DNA of 64,000 nt from contig CAVYHV010000015.1 in the NCBI GenBank assembly GCA_963768425.1, positions 32,001 to 96,000 of the forward strand. The letters are read 5' to 3'. This document shows positions 22,268-29,870 of the stretch, in pieces (the stretch's first letter is position 1; every line of letters begins with the position of its first letter). Under the pieces are notes generated by a model. It ran no database searches, had not been told where the DNA came from, and saw only the letters and a list, made by a program, of their open reading frames with translations. A program made the translations under genes and the position numbers. Source of the DNA: Candidatus Bathyarchaeota archaeon (lineage in GTDB: Archaea > Thermoproteota > Bathyarchaeia > Bathyarchaeales > Bathycorpusculaceae).

Positions 22268-22969
22268 ATGTCAACTGAAGAAGAAAATTTTTTGAGCAAA
22301 GAAAAGAGCGTTTTGCGATGGAGCGGTCTGGCTGGTATTCTGGCTGGAGTCTTTTTTATTTGCACCATCGTCACGCTAATTAATTTTGGGAATTCGACAA
22401 CAGCCAACGTTGCGGATTTGATCACAAAGTTTCCAGATCACAGAATGGACCTTGCGGTGGGAAATGTCTTCTACTTTTTGGTCAGCGTCTCGTTAGTTGG
22501 TCTCGCGCTTGGCCTGTATCAGGCTCTTCGAAGGGCGAGCATTGGACTCCCGCTCTTCGGGACTGTTCTATTCGTTCTAGGTCTAGGAGTAACCTTTATT
22601 GAAGATACTACGCAGATCGCTTTCGACCCGATCTCCAAACTCTATAATGCTGCCGCAGCGACCTCCACGGACAAAGCTACACTCACCCTCATATGGCAGG
22701 CAACACAGGGTATGTTCAATCAGTTTGACGTCGGAGCAACACTCCTCCTCTCCACAGGGTTAATCGTTCTTGGAGCAGCCATGATCAGGGTACCAGCTTT
22801 TGGCAAAATCTTCGGCGGGCTAAGTATTGCAATCGGAGCGGCTCAGATCGTAGGGATATCTTTCCTTTCAACCAATTCTGCCGCATACGCACCATTCGCC
22901 CTCCTAGCCTTCTTAATCTTCCCAGTCGTCTTCGGATGGAAACTCTACAGTCTATCAAGGAAGCCATAA
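22268..22969 (+). CDS. Multi-pass membrane protein (DUF4386-like)
   Basis: About six hydrophobic helices; LRWSGLAGILAG N-terminus. Confidence 0.7.
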   Translation: MSTEEENFLSKEKSVLRWSGLAGILAGVFFICTIVTLINFGNSTTANVADLITKFPDHRMDLAVGNVFYFLVSVSLVGLALGLYQALRRASIGLPLFGTVLFVLGLGVTFIEDTTQIAFDPISKLYNAAAATSTDKATLTLIWQATQGMFNQFDVGATLLLSTGLIVLGAAMIRVPAFGKIFGGLSIAIGAAQIVGISFLSTNSAAYAPFALLAFLIFPVVFGWKLYSLSRKP

Positions 22970-23151
22970 GAAATCTTGGAATTGTTCTTGGGGGACTCCT
23001 TTTACGGAGTCTTTCAACACAATAAACTGTGTTGGAATCCCAACGGGCCGCCATAAGAATTTTTTAAGAAGAATTGAGGATTCGCTTAGCGCGCGCTAAA
23101 GTGTTTTCAAACGCGCTTGACGCTTTTAGGCGATTGGACCTGACCCCATTT

Positions 23152-23281
23152 GAGACTGTGTAAAAACTATTTTTAATTTCAGAAAATTGCTGGTTTTATC
23201 TAAATAATGTTGGTTTAAAAAAGGATTCAAAACATATTTGAAGCAATTTTTTGGGCTTGATTTGAGTTTTTACACAGCCTG
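23152..23281. mobile_element. 130-bp MITE, copy 2 (inverted relative to copy 1)
   Basis: TIRs GAGACTGTGTAAAAACT / AGTTTTTACACAGCCTG; 4-bp TSD ATTT (23148-23151, 23282-23285). Confidence 0.85.
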
Positions 23282-23326
23282 ATTTGGGGTCAAATCCCAC
23301 CGGACTCGCACCTTTAAAGTTCTAGC

Positions 23327-23364
23327 GACGGTTTAAACGACGGCTTCAAGCTTGCCCTCGGCAC
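23327..23364 (+). repeat. 38-bp motif copy 3
   Basis: GACGGTTTAAACGACGGCTTCAAGCTTGCCCTCGGCAC. Confidence 0.9.
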
Positions 23365-23524
23365 TTTTGAGTTCAATAGAAGCTTGTTTTAACAATAAAG
23401 TCACACTTTGGAATAATTTGCCTACAACTCAGGGATTCGTGAAATATTGAAAATGAGATGAATAGAGTCAAATTGTAGAAATCTTTTTACTTCTTGTTGC
23501 TCATAAGGACATAGGCGACTAAAA

Positions 23525-23734
23525 GTGACCCTAACAATCAATAGCGATGAACTGAAAACTGTCCTTGATAAACTAGATACGGTGAAACTTGAACTTTTAC
23601 GATTGAGAGCAATGTTGTTGCCAGAAGAGGAGGCTACGGAACAAGAAAAGAAAGAGATCAAAAAAGCGAAACAAGAACTATCAAAAGGGTCAAGGATAAA
23701 CCTTAAAGAGTTTATTGATGAACTGGGCTGCTGA
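23525..23734 (+). CDS. Putative antitoxin
   Basis: 69-aa ORF (LLPEEEATEQEKKEIKKAKQELSKGSRINLKE) directly upstream of a RelE-like gene. Confidence 0.75.
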   Translation: MTLTINSDELKTVLDKLDTVKLELLRLRAMLLPEEEATEQEKKEIKKAKQELSKGSRINLKEFIDELGC

Positions 23735-23741
23735 CTTCTAA

Positions 23742-24003
23742 TTGTTTGACATCACTGTTGCTCAACGAGCCCAGAAGAGTCCAAGAAGCTGCCTGAACAC
23801 CTCAAACGCAGAATTGTCGAACTTCTTTTAATCTTACGGGAAAACCCAGTCCCAGCAGAATACTATGATGTAAAGAAACTGAAGGGACTGGCAGACACAT
23901 ATAGAATTAGAATCGGTGATTTCAGAATTATCTATGAAATTTCTTGGGACAAAGCGGCGGTGAATATATTATATATTGGGTCCGGGAAAACGCGTATTCT
24001 TGA
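23742..24003 (+). pseudogene. relE: RelE/ParE toxin, frameshifted (absent from ORF track)
   Basis: MFDITVAQRAQK / KKLPEHLKRRIVELLLILRENPVP..YDVKKLKGLADTYRIRIGDFRIIYEI. Confidence 0.8.
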
Positions 24004-24006
24004 ATC

Positions 24007-24045
24007 GACGGTTTAAACGACGACATGAAGCTAGTCCCTCGGCAC
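24007..24045 (+). repeat. 38-bp motif copy 4
   Basis: GACGGTTTAAACGACGACATGAAGCTAGTCCCTCGGCAC(CA), 3 bp after the toxin stop codon. Confidence 0.9.
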
Positions 24046-24265
24046 CAAATATCCTTAATTTAAGGTTATTTTGCAATATTGGGCATAAATTACAACATTA
24101 TATGCGCTCTGCAAGCAGGGTAATGAGATATGAAAGAGGGAACGTTTCTACTCATAGACTTTACCGGAAAAGCAAAATATTGATTGAAGCAAACAATACT
24201 GCTTCACGATTGGAGGTAACAGATTGATTTCGGGGACAAGGGGTCTCCAGATATTTTTATAAATG

Positions 24266-24535
24266 TTAGAGCATTTTTGAAAAGTCATCGTACACTTTGC
24301 TTCTATGGCCGACAAAAAGAATGACTACTTGGTTTTTGTTTTGGTCTATCTCGTAGATAACTCTGTAGTCGCCTACTCGTAGACTCCAGAAATCTGATTG
24401 TTTTAGGGGTTTTCCTGTTTTGTCGGGGTTTTCACGCAGTTGCTTTGCGCTCTCGACTATTCTTGTTCGGACGTGTTTTTCAGTTTTTTGGAGTTCTTTT
24501 GCTGCTTTAGGGTGCAGAAGTACTTTGAAAGTCAC
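24266..24535 (-). CDS. relE: RelE/ParE family toxin
   Basis: FKVLLHPKAAKEL...GKPLK...WSLRVGDYRVIYEID...ILFVGHRSKVY. Confidence 0.9.
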   Translation of the reverse strand: MTFKVLLHPKAAKELQKTEKHVRTRIVESAKQLRENPDKTGKPLKQSDFWSLRVGDYRVIYEIDQNKNQVVILFVGHRSKVYDDFSKML

Positions 24536-24753
24536 TCTAGTTCCTCTATAGGAATGAGGGATTCTGGGCGTTGTTTTGCTTCTTCGCTACGTTCCATGAG
24601 TGTGTTGAAGAAGTTGCATGTTTTTTCGCGTTCTTGATAGTAGGTGATGATTGATTTTATGGCGTCGCTTCGGTTTTTGAAGCGGCCTTCTGCTACCCAT
24701 CCATCTATTTCCTCGAGGGTTTTTTGTGGAAGACGTAGTTGTACTTGAGCCAA
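24532..24753 (-). CDS. Ribbon-helix-helix antitoxin
   Basis: VQLRLPQKTLEEIDGWVAEGRFKNRSDAIK; 4-bp overlap with the toxin gene. Confidence 0.85.
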   Translation of the reverse strand: MAQVQLRLPQKTLEEIDGWVAEGRFKNRSDAIKSIITYYQEREKTCNFFNTLMERSEEAKQRPESLIPIEELE

Positions 24754-24852
24754 ATATGTCGCCGTAAACAGTACTGTTTACAACTCACTTAAACGTTTCC
24801 TAAACAACCATCCGAGTCCCGACCCACTCTGTCTTGCGGATAATGGTGCAAC

Positions 24853-24890
24853 GAAGGTTTAAACGACGACATGAAGCTAGCCCTCTGCAC
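24853..24890 (+). repeat. 38-bp motif copy 5
   Basis: GAAGGTTTAAACGACGACATGAAGCTAGCCCTCTGCAC(CA). Confidence 0.85.
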
Positions 24891-25770
24891 CAACTATACT
24901 TTTAAGAAAAAAGAGCTCTCGGTGAGAGAAAATGGCTTTGAGCTTGTTCTGATGCACCGAGTTTCCACGTAGTCTAATATGCTTGATCGTGTTTGTTCTG
25001 TGGCTTTTGTAAGGTTTATGGCTCTGTTTCTGGCTTTTCATTCTTTCGTCTTTCTGGTTTTCTCCATTTCTCAAAATGGTTCAGACTTTTTAATGCCACA
25101 AACAAGAGCCCGAGCACATTGGATTATAAAGCGTACAACTGGAAGGTTTCCCGGTTGATACCGGGCACTATGCGAAAACATCTGTAGAAGGTTAGTGTTT
25201 TGAAATAATGCGTTCAAAACCAAAAATTTTATTGGGTTAATTAGCTTGGCTTCTACCGATCCTTTCATTTCATCTGACTGGAAGAGGATAGAGAAAAGAT
25301 ATCAAACTCTATGAATATGTCTAAAAGGATGCGACGAGAGTAGGCTCAGCTAGATGTAGGATTATTCAGATGGAACAGTGTGCTAATTTTATTGGTTTTG
25401 ATCGCTTAGAATTTCTCTCAGGAACGTCCCAATCACTGCATATTTTTTCTAACGTTAAAGCAATGGGTTGATAGGATTCATATGGCGTTTCTTTGACACC
25501 TAACATTATCTTATATGCCAAGATATAATATAGTTATTTCATTGGCTGTAATATTACGGTTTTCGACATAAGGCTAAAATCAACAAAGATATTCATATTC
25601 TAAGTTTTGGCTAACAAGTCTTCTCAAAAAGTCTTCAATCCCGCTTTATCATAGATTTCTGTAAATGCTTTGATGATTTGAGGCTTTGCTCAGTTAAGTC
25701 TTGATTTTCTTGTGGCTTTTAGAGAGTCTATTGAAACTTGGTCAAATTGATCCAAAATTCGCACGATGTA

Positions 25771-25945
25771 GAGTTTACTTAGGCTCTGGAAAATTAAAGA
25801 AGAATTTCTTCATAGTTAGTCGAAAAAAAATCTGCATCGCTGCCTTGCAGCAATTCGTGACGCTATCAGAGCATTCTGAGCCATTTCTCTATTTCAGCTA
25901 ATCTCAATGTTTTTTAGGGGCTAAAAAAAGGAAAAGGGAATTTTG
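25771..25945. repeat. Conserved hairpin element plus terminator tract, copy C (diverged)
   Basis: GAGTTTACTTAGGCTCTGGAAAATTAAAGAAGAA...TCAGAGCATTCTGAGCCATT. Confidence 0.65.
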
Positions 25946-25969
25946 ATTTTTTATCATGGTTGCTTTTGC

Positions 25970-28639
25970 TTATGGACGTTTTCTTGTGACGAGTAACGCG
26001 ATTACGGCGCCGATTATGATAATGACGATGATGATTGCGATGCCCATGTATTCGAGTGCGTTTTGTGTTGCTAAACCGCTGAGCGGTGTTGATGTTGGTG
26101 CTTGTGTTGGTGCTGGGGCGCTGGCATAGAAAGCGGTTTGAGCGGAAGAACCATAGTATGCTGGTGTACCTGCGAAGGTAGCTGTGACGGTGTAGTTGCC
26201 TTTGATGTCAGGTGTCCAATTTAAGCTGTAGAAGCCGTTTGCGTCAGTTGTGGTTGTTCCGATTGAGCGGTAGTTGTTGTTGCTGTCTAAGACGTATAGT
26301 GTGACTGGAACTCCCGTTATGTTGGTCGGCATTGGCTCCTGTTCATAAACAGCTTCCATAAACTGCTCCATGCTAGCGTCAGAAACACAAGGCAAGCCAT
26401 TGGGGAAGTTTGCTGCTACTGCTTGTTGCTGTGAACCTGAAGATATGTCAGTGACCATTCCTGAGATGGTTATTGGAGTAGTTGTTGATACGCCGACGGA
26501 AGGTGCGCTAACTGTTGTTTTTGTGGGGCCTACGCCATATGAGTATATCTGGTTGTCGTATGCATTGAAAGTCAAGAGTTGCCCGTCGACTACTGCTGGA
26601 CATGAACCTGTGTCAAAGTTGATTATGCTCCAGACAAGTTTTCCTGTCGTTGCGTTGATTGCGTAAAGTTTTGCTCCGCTGAATAGTGGCGGACCGTAGC
26701 AGTGTCCAGATTCGGCAAAGAGCATGCCGCCTGCAAGTGTGGCTTCGTAGTCGCCGATGATCCAGAAGGGATTGACACCGTAGGGTGTGTTTTCTCCAGC
26801 TGTTCCGTCAGTAAAGCTCCAAATGAGGTTGCCGTTGGTAATGTTATATTTGTAGATCCATCCGCCGAATGTCCATGCGTATAAAGCTCCGCCTGCACAT
26901 ACGCCGCTTGTTTGGTCGTAGTAGCCTAAAGGATTCTGGAAGGGAGTTGTTGGACCCCACACTTGTTGTCCTGTGGTTGTGCTGTAACCGGAAAATGTTG
27001 TCGTTTCTTTGGTATATTCAACGTAGACTCCATCGTTAGCTCCTGGTATGGCCATGACTGTTGAATAGGGGGTTTCGGTTTGGTTCTTTATCCAAAGTTG
27101 CGCTCCAGTGTTAAGGTTATAGGCTGCTCGCATAACCCAGCCTGTGGCAAATGAGTACATGGAATACTCACCAGCGCCTGCTCCTAAGATGGCTATGTTG
27201 TTGTCTGGATCTATTACTGCGTGTCCAACTTCGTCAAGTATCCAGCTAACTCCTGGAGGGAAAGCAGTCCCTTGATAGCTGTTTGGCAGTGGTACTGACC
27301 AGACTACTCCTTTAGAGTAGGCAGTTACAGAGTTTTGGTTTAGCGTCGAGAAGCCTAAATCAACTCCTCCGCCTATTAGGCAAACGCTGGAGTTCCAGAA
27401 GTTCAGGAATTGAGTTCCAGTGGCGTTGGTACTGGTGTAGTACTGCAACAGAATGCCGTTGCTTCCTTCAATGTTTGTAACGCCGAATGATCCTGAGGGT
27501 CCTGAGCCGTTAATGCTTAGTATATAGTTTCCGGTTGCTGCGTCAAATAGGTCAAGGTAGTTTATTCCGTTTGTCGTTCTAGTTGCCCAGAGGTAGCTTT
27601 GTCCGCCGTAAGTGTTCGGTGATTTATACACGTATACTTGTCCGCACATCAGAAGATCATATGAACCTGGAGCAAAGTAGTCTCGATAGTTCTTGGTCCA
27701 AAGAATTTGTCCTGATCTTAGGTCTCTGGCAACCCACCCTTGGTAGGCTCCACCACTTGAATAGGTTGGGACAGCATCATAGTAAAGAACTCCGTTGATG
27801 ATTATCGGTGAAAACTTAGGTTGATACTGGAACCCTGAGTAGTAGTTGCCTTGCTCGCTGGCACCGAATTCGCCGCCCATTTGACCGCCTGGTGAGCCAG
27901 GAACTAGTGGAGTAGTCCAAAGTATGTGTGCAGAGGTTGGTGCTGTGGTGTATGGGTTGTAGTTGCCGGTGACTGCGTAGTCTCCAGTGTTTGCGAATTC
28001 TACATCTCCTAATCCGAACCAGTTGCCGTCTAATACATACCAATTGTGATTGAACGCTTCGACAGGGTTCGTCCAGTAACTAGTTGGCAGCGGATTCTCC
28101 GAAATAGTGCTTGCGGGAGTTTGCGTAACCGAGATGGTCTCAGCTGCACTGGTAGAAGCACCAAAAACGTCGCCTATTGCCTGGGTATTGGAAAACGTCA
28201 TGCCGCCCGGGTTTCCTTGGTCACCTGTCAGAGTCTCTCCAGGGAAGCTAAAGACTGCAGTGTAGTTGCCTAGTTCGGTCGGAGTAAATGTCGCGGTGTA
28301 GCCGCCTGCGTCATCAGATTGGAATGGTCCCAGGACTACTTGTTTACCGTCTGGCTGCGTAATTGTGACAGAAAGGCCTACCCATCGGTCACCTAACGGC
28401 CCGAAGGCAGTAGTTGGAGGTTTGTCAACCCACATTACAAGGAAAACGTTCTGACCTATGCCTACTTGCTGAGGGACAGCTTGAAGATACGCGTAAGTTG
28501 CAATTGTTCCTTGAATATCACGCGCTTTGGTGCTTGGTACGATTGCGATTGCTGCAGAAATTGAGAGGACTAATATCAAAGCAATTGACAGAGTTTTTTG
28601 GTTTTCATTTGATAATTGCATTTTTCTTTTTTTCTCCAT
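25970..28639 (-). CDS. Secreted PQQ-binding-like beta-propeller surface protein (paralogue 3)
   Basis: Signal peptide, DLRSGQILWT and AINATTGKLVWS propeller motifs, Ig-like domain, TM anchor ending RKRP. Confidence 0.85.
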   Translation of the reverse strand: MEKKRKMQLSNENQKTLSIALILVLSISAAIAIVPSTKARDIQGTIATYAYLQAVPQQVGIGQNVFLVMWVDKPPTTAFGPLGDRWVGLSVTITQPDGKQVVLGPFQSDDAGGYTATFTPTELGNYTAVFSFPGETLTGDQGNPGGMTFSNTQAIGDVFGASTSAAETISVTQTPASTISENPLPTSYWTNPVEAFNHNWYVLDGNWFGLGDVEFANTGDYAVTGNYNPYTTAPTSAHILWTTPLVPGSPGGQMGGEFGASEQGNYYSGFQYQPKFSPIIINGVLYYDAVPTYSSGGAYQGWVARDLRSGQILWTKNYRDYFAPGSYDLLMCGQVYVYKSPNTYGGQSYLWATRTTNGINYLDLFDAATGNYILSINGSGPSGSFGVTNIEGSNGILLQYYTSTNATGTQFLNFWNSSVCLIGGGVDLGFSTLNQNSVTAYSKGVVWSVPLPNSYQGTAFPPGVSWILDEVGHAVIDPDNNIAILGAGAGEYSMYSFATGWVMRAAYNLNTGAQLWIKNQTETPYSTVMAIPGANDGVYVEYTKETTTFSGYSTTTGQQVWGPTTPFQNPLGYYDQTSGVCAGGALYAWTFGGWIYKYNITNGNLIWSFTDGTAGENTPYGVNPFWIIGDYEATLAGGMLFAESGHCYGPPLFSGAKLYAINATTGKLVWSIINFDTGSCPAVVDGQLLTFNAYDNQIYSYGVGPTKTTVSAPSVGVSTTTPITISGMVTDISSGSQQQAVAANFPNGLPCVSDASMEQFMEAVYEQEPMPTNITGVPVTLYVLDSNNNYRSIGTTTTDANGFYSLNWTPDIKGNYTVTATFAGTPAYYGSSAQTAFYASAPAPTQAPTSTPLSGLATQNALEYMGIAIIIVIIIIGAVIALLVTRKRP

Positions 28640-29020
28640 TCAGTTTTGTTTTTCTATTGAGCAAAAGGCACAGACAAGATGGAGAATAGATATGTTCGCC
28701 ACTTGCCCGCCGCTTGCCCATTGGCTTATCACAAAAATTTATATTTAATACTTTGCAAGACTGAGAAAAACAAATCGACAAAATTGCATTTTCGTACAAA
28801 AAAAGGCAACAATGAATGTTCATCCAAGGAAGCCCAAATTTGCAAGAGCAAGAAGAAATGAAGATTTGCGGAAGAGATCACCAATCGCTTTTAGTCCAAA
28901 CCTTGTCTTCGGCACCGCTATGTCTATTTTTTTGAGAAAGCATGCATTTTGGCGATATGGATTTAATGTTTCTATCAAGTTTATATCTGAATTCTCAAAT
29001 GTTACTTTTGGTGTTTAGTT

Positions 29021-29574
29021 ATGGAACTTGATGATTGCATTAAGGGTAGAAGAAGCGTCAGAAGCTTTACCGATGAACCCGTGTCAAAAGAGGAAGTCCA
29101 AGCGATATTGGAAGCAGGCACGTGGGCGCCCACAGGAATGAACAGGCAGCCTTGGAAGTTCATTATCATCGAAAACAAGAAAGTAATCCAGCTCGTCTCT
29201 GAAGAACCAAGGTTTTAGTTAGACAAAACATGCCGCCGCTGGCAAAGCAATACTCCACAGAACAAGACGTTATCTGCTACGACACACCCATGCTTATCCT
29301 AATATGCGCGGAAAAAGACAAGCAATGGGAAAACCTCAACCTGCTCGACTCAGTGCTTGCTGCCCAGAACATGTTTTTGAAAGCGTATGAACTAGGGCTT
29401 GGAACATGCTATATGGGTTTCGTCACTTTGCTCAATAGCAAGCCGGAAGTGCTCAAAAAGATCGGCGTGCCGGAAAACTACCGGATGATGGTGCCATTCA
29501 TTTTGGGACACCCGAAAACAAAACAGGGCAAAGGGAAGAGAAACAAGCCCGAAATCAAAGAATGGCTAAAGTAA
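29021..29574 (+). CDS. Nitroreductase family protein, frameshifted near 29205
   Basis: IKGRRSVRSF...WAPTGMNRQPWKF and AAQNMFLKAYELGLGTCYMG motifs in consecutive ORFs. Confidence 0.85.
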
Positions 29575-29870
29575 AACACTTAAATTTTTGCCTTGACCGA
29601 AAGTCAAGTGCTTTTTTTCTTCGAGAATCTATTGTTTTTTCTATAAGTCGAAATGAGTTTAGGCTTTGCGAATATCTGGCGAACAGCTTCTTCGTTGTTG
29701 CTAATTAATATTATAAGTTAAGATTTCAAGATCGTTCTCTTCATATGGTTTTCTTTTGATGGTTTATGGGTAGATTATGGGAAATCCTTAAGAAAGACGG
29801 CGAAGAGGGCAAATGCTATGATTACTCGGGAAAGGTAGCTTCGGAAGGTTTGTTGATAAGAGCTGGTTAG

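Noticed and set aside
9387-24829. Intact tRNA genes at the GGTTCRAATCCC strings
   Set aside because: No matching 5' acceptor strand, D-arm or anticodon arm could be found upstream of any of them.
11554-24890. 38-bp repeats as a CRISPR array
   Set aside because: Spacing is 0.7-8.9 kb with whole genes between copies, the copies are degenerate, and there are no cas genes.
24877-25901. Short ORFs in the AT-rich gap before paralogue 3
   Set aside because: No recognisable motifs; likely spurious or heavily decayed.
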